Positions 37,763 through 47,503 of a DNA stretch of 64,000 bases are shown in pieces (position 1 is the stretch's first letter; the number at the start of each line of letters is the position of its first letter). A model generated the notes under the pieces. The model searched no databases, was not told the origin of the DNA, and saw only the letters and a list, made by a program, of their open reading frames with translations. Origin of the DNA: Candidatus Latescibacterota bacterium (GTDB lineage: Bacteria; Latescibacterota; CBDEFO01); assembly GCA_965248755.1 (NCBI GenBank), contig OZ252149.1:4096001-4160000 (forward strand). Reading direction: 5' to 3'. Made by a program: the position numbers and the translations under genes.

Positions 37763-39346
37763 CTATAAGCCACTGTGCTCATACGGACCAAGATCCGGAT
37801 CCTGGCCTCGATGAAAGTTCTTGCCCATCAGATACTTGATTTCCATTTCCACATCGCGAATATATATCTGAGGTGTCACCTCTGGATCCCGCTTTAAGAG
37901 TGTCACCTTAAGGGTGTTAGTTCCCTTTAGAGGCCAGTGCTCCCGATCCAGCTTATAGACAAACCAGTAGTCTGAGCCAGTGCGATACCGCGGCGCATGC
38001 ATCCTGTACATCTGGTTGATCTTGCGCAGAAGTCTATCGGGAAATTCTACTCCGTTGAGCTCGAAGCGCAAGTGGTCGATCTCAGTGGTGTTCATAATCC
38101 GCATGCGCAGGAGTACTTCATGCACGCGACCGACCTTGTCCCAGCGCTCCAGGTCATCGCTGATTTGTATATCTATCTCAACAGGTTTATTCTCCTCCAG
38201 GTTGCGGGGGAGCTGTCTGGTTGTCCCCGGTTCTCCAGCTGGTTGTGGGTTTCTACCCGTTTCGGTGAGGACGTAATAGTGTTTATCCTTGACGCCCATG
38301 ACATCAGGATGGGGCAGCTCACGTAGTTTTTCATAGAAGGACGCCCCGTACGGCCAGTTGTTGAACCAATGCGCCAGGTATAGTCCGTCGATGCCCTGAT
38401 CCCAGTAATTGCATGCAGCGGCGCGGATCATCTCGATAGTCGCATCGCCCAGACGATCGGAGTCCACATGGCTTTGGATGGCGGCGTGAATACGGCACTT
38501 TGTACCTTTTGCTGCTTCCACTAAAGGGGTGAAATTGGTCAGTTGATCGAGCAGTTCCGGGCCTGAAAAGGTCTGACCGATCAGGACGTCTACAATACCT
38601 TCTTTGATCCAGTCGCGCACGTCAAGACCGACCGATAAACATCCCTCGATGCTAACTGGGGTGCGGATCGCCAGCTCACGTTCGGAGCCGCTCTTTTTCA
38701 ACGCCTCATAGACGCGCCCGATCCATTCTGTCATGATCTTACAGCCTGCTTCTACCTCTTTCGGATGAAAGTAATAGGGTTGGTAGTTGAGCTGTAATTC
38801 GAAGCCGTCAACAGGATAGTTAGTCAGTGTCTCCTGAATCAGTGCAAAGCGCTCTTCCTGCACCTCCTTATGCTTGAAATCCAGGCAGTCCAATCCGGGA
38901 AGATTAGGATCGAGGTCGCCTTTCGCGCCGATCTCCAGGTGTTTATTGTCAAAGCGAAAGTCCGATCCGCGCGTATCCTGACCGCGCTGGCCGCTGCCCT
39001 GTTGCACCAGGAGCGTAGGGTAGATCAGCATACCCTTTTGATGAGCGCGGTCGCAGACGATGCGCAGTGGATCGTAGCCTGCTTCGATCAAGTCTACAGC
39101 GTTTCGGTGGGCTCGTTGGAAGATCAGATGTGACCATTTATCCACATTATGGCCCCATAGCTCACCCACCTTAGTATCGTGGAGTACGGTGCGTCCATCT
39201 CCTAAACAGAACATGATCGCCTCTATCGGCGTGCCGACTAATTCATTGACAGCGGCCTCGCACTCCTCTTTCTGAATCGGCGGTTCGTACATATAGATCA
39301 GAGAGTGACGTGCGTCGTGATAGAACATCATGCGTGGTTGTGGCAT
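37763..39346 (-). CDS. Glycoside-hydrolase-like TIM-barrel protein (GHL10/DUF187-like)
   Basis: FYHDARH, LDFKHKEVQ..NYPVDGFEL, GIDGLYL; GGAG RBS. Confidence 0.7.
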   Translation of the reverse strand: MPQPRMMFYHDARHSLIYMYEPPIQKEECEAAVNELVGTPIEAIMFCLGDGRTVLHDTKVGELWGHNVDKWSHLIFQRAHRNAVDLIEAGYDPLRIVCDRAHQKGMLIYPTLLVQQGSGQRGQDTRGSDFRFDNKHLEIGAKGDLDPNLPGLDCLDFKHKEVQEERFALIQETLTNYPVDGFELQLNYQPYYFHPKEVEAGCKIMTEWIGRVYEALKKSGSERELAIRTPVSIEGCLSVGLDVRDWIKEGIVDVLIGQTFSGPELLDQLTNFTPLVEAAKGTKCRIHAAIQSHVDSDRLGDATIEMIRAAACNYWDQGIDGLYLAHWFNNWPYGASFYEKLRELPHPDVMGVKDKHYYVLTETGRNPQPAGEPGTTRQLPRNLEENKPVEIDIQISDDLERWDKVGRVHEVLLRMRIMNTTEIDHLRFELNGVEFPDRLLRKINQMYRMHAPRYRTGSDYWFVYKLDREHWPLKGTNTLKVTLLKRDPEVTPQIYIRDVEMEIKYLMGKNFHRGQDPDLGPYEHSGL

Positions 39347-39416
39347 GCTCCGCTCCTTTGATTTTACCTGTGAAACTGGGTTGAGTGTGATGTTTTGTCA
39401 GTTGTTTGTTACCTCC

Positions 39417-39445
39417 AAGGTACTCGATTTTGTCTCTCTTGTCAA
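39417..39445 (-). promoter_or_regulatory. Sigma70-type promoter
   Basis: Minus strand TTGACA-N17-TACCTT upstream of 39346. Confidence 0.6.
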
Positions 39446-39699
39446 ATAAAGTTGACGGTCCATTACCTTAGCGGAGCTTCCTGCAGATACATCTTGACAT
39501 CTGATCGATTATTCTCCATTTCGTGAACACTATAACTCTTATGTATGTGTAATATTGAACTGTTGTGGAAGCATACGCGCAAAACAAATGGATAGCAAAG
39601 AGCAGTATCAGCCCCGCGTGTCTGCCCTGACTGGGAGAACTCATGTGTTCGCCCCTACCTACTGCTGTCACTAAAATAGGTAGTCTTGGGAAAACCATA

Positions 39700-39726
39700 G
39701 AAAAAGCCCGCCAGTCTGGGGGGCTG
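39700..39726 (-). terminator. Probable intrinsic terminator
   Basis: Minus strand AGCCCCCCAGACTGGCGGGCT hairpin followed by TTTT, downstream of the CTD remnant. Confidence 0.55.
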
Positions 39727-39773
39727 TGTGTTCGAGACTCCTTTAGCTTTTGGGCAAAAGGGACTCAAGGAGC

Positions 39774-39900
39774 TTATCTCGTCAAGTGCAGCTTCCTTGT
39801 CTGCACAAATCCGATCCATTTCTAACCGATACAGATAGACCCTGCTGGTGAGGCTTTCTCCGTTGTCATCTTTGCCATCTCAGACTAAAGAATGACTGCC
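39774..39900 (-). pseudogene. Degenerate FlgD-Ig/T9SS-type C-terminal domain remnant
   Basis: GSHSLV*DGKDDNGESLTSRVYLYRLEMD / GFVQTRKLHLTR*, matching the C-terminus of 59943..63692 (GSHSVFWDGKDDSGESLASGLYLYRLKMD..FVKIRKLVLVR). Confidence 0.85.
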
Positions 39901-39955
39901 ACTGCCGAAGGGCTTTCAAAGGATAGCGCGCCATCTAAGCCCCCTGTTAGGCCTT

Positions 39956-41419
39956 TTATGGGTAAGTTTCTGTTATCTCAATAATATTTCCATCAAGGTT
40001 AACCTTGGCCTTTACCCAGTTTACCACAACTCCTCCAAAGGCATTCTTGCCTCTGTAAGTCGTTCTAACCACGAGGTAATCCCCCATATCCCAATAGACC
40101 GTCTCAACATGGTCATAACTGTCAGGATCATTCATCTCCTTCTTAATGAGGCGATCAAGATTTCTATGGGAACCATCCCATGCGCTAAATTAACGTTCTA
40201 TTTTCTCTTTCCGTTTAGCGGCAAGTCGCTGCTCCTCCTTTTCTTCTGCCGCCTTGGTCTTGTCATAAAGTAGTTTTGACTTATATTTTTCATTATCTGG
40301 ATGTAACGCAAGCTCGACCTTGCGTACCCGGTGATTGAACGTATCCGCGATATAGATAACCCCCGATCCATGCACGAATACGCCATTAAGCTCCTTCAAG
40401 CTCGCACTGGTAGCTGGACCGCCATCACCGGAAAATCCACCGGCATCATAACCGGTACCCCCGCTTCCCGCCACAGTGGAGATGATGCCAGACGTATCCA
40501 CCTTACGTATCCGGTGATTGAGATGATCCGCGATATAGATAACTCCTGATCCACCCATGAATACGCCACGAGGATTATTTAAGCTCGCACTGGTTGCTGG
40601 TCCTCCATCACCTAAAGCACCGGTGCCACCTCCCGCGACGGTGGAGATGATGCCCGACGTATCCACCTTACGTATCCGGTGATTGTGCTGATCCGCAATA
40701 TAGATATTGCCCAATTCATCCACGAATACGTCATAAGGAAAATTCAAACCCGCACTGGTAGCTGGACCACCATCACCGGAAAATGCTTCAGTGCCATTTC
40801 CTGCCACGGTGGAGATAATGCCCGACGTATCCACCTTCCGTATCCGGTTATTGCGGATATCCGCAACATAAATATTGCCTGATCCATCCACGAATACGCT
40901 ATGTGGAAAATTCAAACTCGCACTGGTTGCCGGACCTCCATCACCGGAGAATCCAGCAGTACCATTTCCTGCCACGGTGGAGATGATGCCCGACGTATCT
41001 ACCTTGCGTATCCGGCAATTCCACGTATCCGCGATATAGATAACCCCCGATCTGTCAACGAATACACCATAAGGCCAACTCAAGCTCGCACTGGTAGCTG
41101 GGCGCCCATCACCGGAGAATGCATGCGTGCCGTTTCCTGCCACGGTGGAGATGATGCCCGAAGCATCCACCTTACGTATCTTGTCATTCCACGGATCCGC
41201 GATATAGAGAACGCCCGATACATCCACGAATACGCCAGAAGGAAAATCCAATCTCGCACTGGTTGCCGGACCCCCATCACCGGAAAATCCAGCAGTACCA
41301 TTTCCTGCCACGGTGGCGATCACGCCTGGTTCAGCAGAAACTGAAGGGGCAAATGCAAAGATCCAGGAATACAAAACCAAAATACTAATCACAACATCTT
41401 TACAGAGATCCTTTCTCAT
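39956..41419 (-). pseudogene. Secreted NHL-repeat protein fused to an unrelated domain, interrupted by in-frame TAA at 40190
   Basis: Six repeats TVAGNG..GFSGDGGPATSA.L..P..VFVD..G.IYIAD..N.RIRKVD; frame continues 77 aa beyond the TAA (FSAWDGSHRN...RGKNAFGGVV...). Confidence 0.8.
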
Positions 41420-41506
41420 ATTGTGCACCTCCATCATTTTCGGATGACGGCCCAGCTAACCTCTCGCCTTCCAACGTTTCCATTATTCCTGTCTCCTACC
41501 AACTGT

Positions 41507-42319
41507 CTACTTGCCCATTGACTCAAGGATCTGTCCGTGAATGTTCCCGTTTGTCCCTAAAAGGTTCATTCGCAGATTGGAGTACGTCTTCGGCTCTCCC
41601 TTAAGAGGAAACACAGGTTCGCCTGAAAGATATGTGAATTAGCCTCCCGCCTCCTGGAGGATCAGGCCCGAGGCCGCTATGTCCCACGCCTTGATGTCCA
41701 TATCTATATACCCGTCGAATACCCCTTCTGCTGTGTAGCACAGGCTCAAAGCGGCGCAGCCTATGGACCTGCACTTTGAGACGTTTGAGAATATCCTCTG
41801 CATATACTTCACCGTTCCAGGCAGCAGTTCATTTTCCACTATGGCCGTGGAGACGGCAAAAAGAGAGAGGGGTGTCAACTTCGGAGTATCGCTTACCTGA
41901 ATCAAATCTTCATTGAGATATGCTCCGTCGCCCTCAGATGCGTAAAACATTTTGTCCCTTAGTGGATCGTACACAGCGCCCACTACTGGTACGCCGTTCT
42001 TCAGGAGTCCTATGGATACATCGAAGATCGGAAATCCGCGGGCGTAGTTGAACGTGGCGTCCAAAGGGTCAATCAGCCAGCAGTACTCCGAATTTAGGTT
42101 AAATCCGCTCCCCTCTTCTCCGACTATACCGTGATCGGGTAATGCCTTTTTGATAGCTTCAACTACGAAGGACTCCGAGTCTCTATCGGCCTCGGTTACC
42201 AGATCTCCGACGCCTTTCTCCTCTACATGCTCAATGTTCCCCAGATAGTCTATGAGCAGTCCTCCGGCTTTTCGGGCTGTTTCTATTGCCAAATTCAAGA
42301 ATTCTTCTTTATCGTTCAT
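41507..42319 (-). pseudogene. Inositol monophosphatase family protein with premature TAA at 41639
   Basis: LVTEAD, GEE, WLIDPLDAT, WDIAA..EAGG*FTYLSGEP...LLGTNGNIHGQIL; frame continues 43 aa with the typical IMPase tail. Confidence 0.85.
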
Positions 42320-42506
42320 CTTTGTATCTTTCTATATAGGAGAAAAATAGAGGAAAGAGAGGCAGTCTGACGGAGATAGGTTCCGCTTCGCGTCTCCTTC
42401 GGGGTTGGAAGTCCTCACACAGTCGCTTTCGCTGGCGATGGAAGTTTAGGGAATCCGGCGGACTCCCTTTTTACTGCCTGCGTCCGCTTGAATCTGCAGG
42501 GGACTA

Positions 42507-42893
42507 TCAGGGGCTACTGTCCACTTGTTTGGGTGAGGCGACGCAGAAAAACCCTAAGGGCTCATCGCCGATGCTCTCAATCTGGTGTGGCTCGTTGGGG
42601 CCAATATAGATTACATCTCCGAATCCGACCTCTTTTTTTTCTCCGCCTACGAGGATCCTCGCTTTTCCTTGAACTATAAGCACTCCGTGGTCGTGCGAAT
42701 GTCGGTCGAAGGAAGTCCGCCCGCCGGGTTCTACTTCGTAATATCGGAAGGTAAAATTATGAGCCCCCTCTTGCGGGCCTATGAAGGAGAGCTTAGTACC
42801 TCCAACTGCGCCGTCTCCTGTGTAAGGCTCACGATGAACGTCCTCCCAGTCGAACTTTCCGCTTTCGCCTTTGAATCTGTGGATTACTCCCAT
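42507..42893 (-). CDS. Cupin domain protein
   Basis: HSHDH...GDVIYIGPNEPHQ. Confidence 0.9.
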   Translation of the reverse strand: MGVIHRFKGESGKFDWEDVHREPYTGDGAVGGTKLSFIGPQEGAHNFTFRYYEVEPGGRTSFDRHSHDHGVLIVQGKARILVGGEKKEVGFGDVIYIGPNEPHQIESIGDEPLGFFCVASPKQVDSSP

Positions 42894-42999
42894 GGTCTCA
42901 TCCTTGTGTCCCTTAAATATAGGGCGACGTGACGTTTACCGATACAAAAACGCGGGGTAAGACCGCCGTGTCATGTTAACGGTATTATTGCTATAACCG

Positions 43000-44022
43000 C
43001 TACAATAAAATAAGCGTCTTGAGAGAATCCCTGGCCTCGGAGGTCTTCCTGTAAGCTTCTTGTGTCTGTTCGATAGGATAGCGGTGGGTGATGAGCTTCT
43101 GGGTGGGGACTATGCCTTTCTCTATCATGTGGAGGGCAGATCTTGTATCGTGGGGTCCGCAGGAGTAACTGCATATAAGGTTTATCTCGTTGAAATAGAG
43201 ATGGTACGGTTCGATATGGAGAATCTCTCCTTCCGGCGTCGGGGTGAAAAGGACAACCGTGCTCCCAAAGCCTGCGCATTCGATCCCTGATTCTATAGCC
43301 GAGATACTCCCAGGCCCGACTATGACCACGTCTGCCATTATCCCATCTGTGTATTCTTGCATTTTGTCTTTGAGGTTGTCTTTGGATACGTCAACGGCGT
43401 GGTCGGCTCCGAACTGGACTGCGCTTTCGAGTCTGAAGGGGACTAAATCGGCGGCGATAACTCTATCTGCTCCGTAGTATCTTGAGAGGATGACGTTCAA
43501 CTGACCCATAAAACCCAGGCCTATAACCAGGACGATATCGCCCTTTTGCACCTTGGCTCTTTTTAAGGCTTTGACAGAGCAGGCTGTGGGTTCTATCAGT
43601 GCTCCATCTTCAAAGGAGAGGCTATCTGGCAGCTTAATTGTATCATTTTGAAGATTTAGCTCGGGGACTTTGACATATTCTGCAATCCCGCCTGGGACTA
43701 TATGGGATCTTCTCCACGTTCTGCACATAGAGAAGTTGCCCCGCATACAGTGCCTGCAATTAAAACAGGGGGCGTGATGATGGATGAAGACCCTATCCCC
43801 CTCCTTGAAGTTCTGGACGTGCTCCCCAACTTCGTCTATGACGCCTGCAGGTTCGTGTCCCAGGACTACAGGAGCCTTGCGGTTGATGTACCATGGCGTC
43901 ACATCGCCGCTGCATATCCCGCAGGTTTTCATCTTTACGAGTGCATCCCCAGGACCGATTTTGGGTATGTCTATTTCCTCTATCCTTACGTCACTGAAGC
44001 TGTGGACTACGGCTGCTTTCAT
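43000..44022 (-). CDS. Zn-dependent MDR dehydrogenase
   Basis: CGICSGD, GHE, CFNCRHC..C, GLGFMG. Confidence 0.94.
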   Translation of the reverse strand: MKAAVVHSFSDVRIEEIDIPKIGPGDALVKMKTCGICSGDVTPWYINRKAPVVLGHEPAGVIDEVGEHVQNFKEGDRVFIHHHAPCFNCRHCMRGNFSMCRTWRRSHIVPGGIAEYVKVPELNLQNDTIKLPDSLSFEDGALIEPTACSVKALKRAKVQKGDIVLVIGLGFMGQLNVILSRYYGADRVIAADLVPFRLESAVQFGADHAVDVSKDNLKDKMQEYTDGIMADVVIVGPGSISAIESGIECAGFGSTVVLFTPTPEGEILHIEPYHLYFNEINLICSYSCGPHDTRSALHMIEKGIVPTQKLITHRYPIEQTQEAYRKTSEARDSLKTLILL

Positions 44023-44131
44023 CTATGAGATATTTAACTATAGTCAGGGATGGCAAGCGATGCACTGTCTGGCCTCAATTGAGTCCACAATAGATGTAAT
44101 TGGGGATCGAGGGCTACTGTTTGCTCTCTAC

Positions 44132-45160
44132 TTATAAGGTGGTCAGGGCGAATTTAACAGATTCGCCCTCCATCAAAAGCTGAAATGCCTTATTCAACTC
44201 TGTAAAAGGTAGTTCGTCCGTGATGAGTTTCTGGACGTCGAGTCTCTTCTCCACTAAATACCCGGCGGCCTTCTTAACAGCAACTCTTGTATAGTGAAAG
44301 GCGCCCTTGAGGGTGATCTGATCGTAGTGGAGTCTGGTTGTATCGAAGGAGACTGTTGTTCCTTTGGGACATCCTCCGAAGAGGACTACTGTGCCGCCCT
44401 TTGAGACCATGTGAATAGACTCTTCCCACACTGAAAGTTGTCCTGTACATTCAAAGACGAGCTCGGCTCCCATTTTACCTGTAAGTTCCATCACCCTTTT
44501 GACAGGATTTTCCACTGCGGCGTCTATGACTTCGTCCGCTCCGAGTTCCTTTGCAAGCTTAAGACGGAGATTCCTCCTGCCTGAGACTATTATCCTCTTT
44601 GCACCCAGGATCTTTGACACCATAATGTGCATCAGTCCGATGGCGCCTGCACCTATGATAAGAACTGTATCGTCGCTGTTTATTTCAACCTGGTCTATGC
44701 CGTTGACGACGCAAGCGAGGGGTTCTACCATAGCTGATTCAGCATATGAGAGATGGTCAGGCTTTTCAAACATTGTGTGCTTTACAATGCGCTCCGGAAC
44801 TTTTATGTACTCTGCATAGGCTCCCAAGGCTTTGGTCGTCATTATCGTCTCGCAGAGGTTTTCCAATCCAATCTTGCAGTAGTGGCACTCTAAACAGGGA
44901 GCCGAATGAACTGCCATTATCTGATCTCCCACCTTGAAGCCGTTTACTCCGTTCCCCGCTTCATAGATGTCGCCTGAAAATTCGTGTCCAAAGAGCGTGG
45001 GCATAGGCATCTTGGGATGGCCTCTTTTAAAGGCTTTAAGGTCTGTCCCACAGGTCAGAGCGGATTTTATCTTCACCACGACTTCTCCGAAGCCCGGCTT
45101 GGGTGTCTCCACTTCTCTTAGTTCTATGTGACCTGGCTTTACGAGTATATTTGCTAACAA
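44132..45160 (-). CDS. Zn-dependent MDR dehydrogenase
   Basis: TCGTD, GHE, CLECHYC..C, GAGAIG. Confidence 0.94.
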   Translation of the reverse strand: MLANILVKPGHIELREVETPKPGFGEVVVKIKSALTCGTDLKAFKRGHPKMPMPTLFGHEFSGDIYEAGNGVNGFKVGDQIMAVHSAPCLECHYCKIGLENLCETIMTTKALGAYAEYIKVPERIVKHTMFEKPDHLSYAESAMVEPLACVVNGIDQVEINSDDTVLIIGAGAIGLMHIMVSKILGAKRIIVSGRRNLRLKLAKELGADEVIDAAVENPVKRVMELTGKMGAELVFECTGQLSVWEESIHMVSKGGTVVLFGGCPKGTTVSFDTTRLHYDQITLKGAFHYTRVAVKKAAGYLVEKRLDVQKLITDELPFTELNKAFQLLMEGESVKFALTTL

Positions 45161-45238
45161 ATCTTAATCCCTTTCTTTTTTCCCCAAAAAGTTCTTCGCT
45201 TTTGGGGGGGGTCCTACCTTCGCGCTGCTGATTTGAGA

Positions 45239-45673
45239 CTATGTCGGCTGCTTTAGAACCTCTCTAACTCTATTGAAAGTTGAAGTGATGTCCTCCAGGT
45301 TATATGACGAGCCCAATGTCGGATCCGAGATGATGCTACCGTTTAAGATGGCAGCGGGAACAGGAAAGATCATAAAGATAGTCTTTAATGCGTCTCTTAG
45401 GGGGGGGCTGAATTTCAGAACGTCCCTGAGGAGCTTGGGCATAAGGTATAGCTGGTTCCTGGGGTCTACATATGTAATATCTAGATGATCTATGCCGATG
45501 TCTTCTTTGATTTTCATGTAGAGATCTCCCATAATCTCCTGTCCCTTTCTGCTGTCTTCAAACACGCAGTTTCCCCTCTGCCATACCGTGTCACCTTCCA
45601 ATTTGCCGCAGCATCCGCTCCCCGTCAACTGTTCAGGAATTTCGCGTATTAAGATTAAAGAGGATTTTGACAT
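45239..45673 (-). CDS. Conserved hypothetical protein with SGCCG motif
   Basis: 144-aa ORF just downstream of a promoter; GSGCCGKLEGD and VDPRNQ motifs. Confidence 0.7.
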   Translation of the reverse strand: MSKSSLILIREIPEQLTGSGCCGKLEGDTVWQRGNCVFEDSRKGQEIMGDLYMKIKEDIGIDHLDITYVDPRNQLYLMPKLLRDVLKFSPPLRDALKTIFMIFPVPAAILNGSIISDPTLGSSYNLEDITSTFNRVREVLKQPT

Positions 45674-45709
45674 TGTCTTATTGGTCTGTTTAGGGACCGT
45701 TGTAAATTT

Positions 45710-45794
45710 AATTTAGATCAAAAGTGTTGCTTTGTCAAGGATAAAGCCAAAACTTGGGATTGCGCTTGACGTTGGGACTGTGGAATAGTAGATT
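45710..45794. promoter_or_regulatory. Divergent sigma70-type promoter pair
   Basis: Minus: TTGACA-N17-TAAATT (45710-45738). Plus: TTGACG-N17-TAGATT (45766-45794). Confidence 0.7.
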
Positions 45795-45875
45795 CATGGG
45801 GTGTACTGTTGAAGGTTCGCGGTAGGGATGGGTAGGGCCGCCCTGTCTACAGTTTGATGGCTACTGATCTAAGAG

Positions 45876-46946
45876 GTGATACTATTGTCCAGGGGACAGC
45901 TTCTGCGTATAGATGGATCGTACGGGGAGGGCGGAGGGCAGATCCTGAGGACTGCCTTTGCTCTTTCGGCTATATTGGGGCGACCAGTTGAGGTCACAAA
46001 GATAAGAGCCGGCCGAAAAAAGCCGGGGCTTATGGCTCAGCATCTTACGGGAGTGCGCGCTGTAGCTCGTGTATGCAATGGGAAACTAGAGGGGGCGGAG
46101 TTGTTCTCCCAGAGGGTCTGTCTGTTCCCGGGTGATACTGAAGCCGGAAGGTATGAGTTTGATGTGTCAGAAGTAAGAGAAAGCGCAGGCTCGACGGGCA
46201 TGATATTTCAATCTTTAGCTCCGATCTTGGCTCATGCGGACGCCTCTTCGCACATCGTCTTGAAAGGGGGTACTCACACAAGGTGGGCACCTCCGATTGA
46301 CTACATAAGGGATGTCTTTCTGCCTTCGGCGGAGCGGATGGGGTTCAAAGCAAAAATAGCGATAGCAAGGTGGGGGTGGTATCCGCAGGGAGGCGGCATA
46401 GTCGAGTGCGACATCCAGCCTGCGGACTCCCTGAGAGCGATAGATTTTATGGATAGGGGTAACCTTATGCGAATAAGGGGAATATCTGCCGTCTCGAATC
46501 TTCCTATGAATATAGCGCATCGTCAAAAGGAGCAGGTCGGAAGGAGGTTGAACGATAAGGGCTTAGACGCGGAAATGAATGCTATGGAGGTGCCGTCTGT
46601 GGGGAAAGGGACTTTCGTTAAGGTGATAGCGGAGTTTGAAGGTGCTGTGTGCGGCTTCAGTTCACTGGGCGAAAGAGGAAAGCGGGCTGAACAGGTGGCT
46701 GATGAGGCGATAGATCAATTCTTACAGCACTACGACACAGGTGAAGCTTTAGACCCTCATCTTTCGGATCAACTCATCCCCTGGATAGCTCTTGCAAAGG
46801 GCTGTTCCAAGTTTACTACGTCGAAGCTTACACGGCATCTGTTAACCAACATCTGGGTTGTGGAACAGTTTCTGCCTGTGCAGTTCAGAGTAGATGGAGA
46901 ATTGGGGAGTCCCGGAGGAATTGAGGTGCAGGGGGTTGGGTTATAG
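45876..46946 (+). CDS. rtcA: RNA 3'-terminal phosphate cyclase
   Basis: IDGSYGEGGGQILR, PGLMAQHL, GGTH, GWYPQGGG, HLSDQL, HLLTN. Confidence 0.97.
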   Translation: MILLSRGQLLRIDGSYGEGGGQILRTAFALSAILGRPVEVTKIRAGRKKPGLMAQHLTGVRAVARVCNGKLEGAELFSQRVCLFPGDTEAGRYEFDVSEVRESAGSTGMIFQSLAPILAHADASSHIVLKGGTHTRWAPPIDYIRDVFLPSAERMGFKAKIAIARWGWYPQGGGIVECDIQPADSLRAIDFMDRGNLMRIRGISAVSNLPMNIAHRQKEQVGRRLNDKGLDAEMNAMEVPSVGKGTFVKVIAEFEGAVCGFSSLGERGKRAEQVADEAIDQFLQHYDTGEALDPHLSDQLIPWIALAKGCSKFTTSKLTRHLLTNIWVVEQFLPVQFRVDGELGSPGGIEVQGVGL

Positions 46947-46960
46947 GTTAAAGCGGGGGA

Positions 46961-47203
46961 TTATGCTACTTCCTTGATAGTCAATTCGATACCATCGATC
47001 ACAGGTAGGGATAGATTTCTATAAACCCGAAATAGAATACACTCTTCGAGCACTTCTTCGAGTTCTTCCCGACAGTCTTCGAGATTGCCGGAAGTGGCAT
47101 ACACGCCGTTACATTCTGGAATCTCCCCGTAGTACTTGCCTTCATCTGGTAGAATCTCGTAATGGGCGTGCTGCATAGCTGTCTTTATATATCTCGTTAG
47201 CAT
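46961..47203 (-). CDS. HicB-like antitoxin
   Basis: MLTRYI..AM..AHYE...YYGEIPECNGVYA....EDCREEL.EVLE. Confidence 0.85.
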   Translation of the reverse strand: MLTRYIKTAMQHAHYEILPDEGKYYGEIPECNGVYATSGNLEDCREELEEVLEECILFRVYRNLSLPVIDGIELTIKEVA

Positions 47204-47253
47204 AGTTATCTTCCCCTACAAAAACGATAAGGGTGTCTTGGTCATGAAATCGG

Positions 47254-47412
47254 CTACACTTCTTCTGACATCATCGAATGATAGGCATCTTTGATATGTT
47301 CTTCAAGTTCATCTATTGTTTCCCCCTGGCTAAATACGCCCGGCACTTCCTTAAGCTTACCGACGTACCAGCCATCATCTGTCCAATATTCAAGTGTGAA
47401 GTGTCTTAACAT
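47254..47412 (-). CDS. Short or truncated HicB-like antitoxin (52 aa)
   Basis: Not in ORF track: MLRHFTLEYWTDDGWYVGKLKEVPGVFSQGETIDELEEHIKDAY.. Confidence 0.75.
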   Translation of the reverse strand: MLRHFTLEYWTDDGWYVGKLKEVPGVFSQGETIDELEEHIKDAYHSMMSEEV

Positions 47413-47503
47413 AGTCGGTGCATCTCCGACTGGTTTTCAACCTATGGACAACATGGCTAACGAGTGAGTTCAAAGGGTGCATAGCGTTCCGATGCAGCCC
47501 GGC

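Noticed and set aside
39820..39952. Complete attC site on the + strand (TCTAAC...GTTAGGC)
   Set aside because: Inner boxes do not pair convincingly and most of the span is a decayed CTD coding remnant; only a half site is supportable, and no integrase is in the window
11050..41641. Stop-codon reassignment suggested by in-frame stops at 11050 (TAG), near 39880 (TGA), 40190 and 41639 (TAA)
   Set aside because: All three stop codons terminate conserved genes normally here, and two of the loci carry other lesions; ordinary nonsense mutations or sequencing errors explain them
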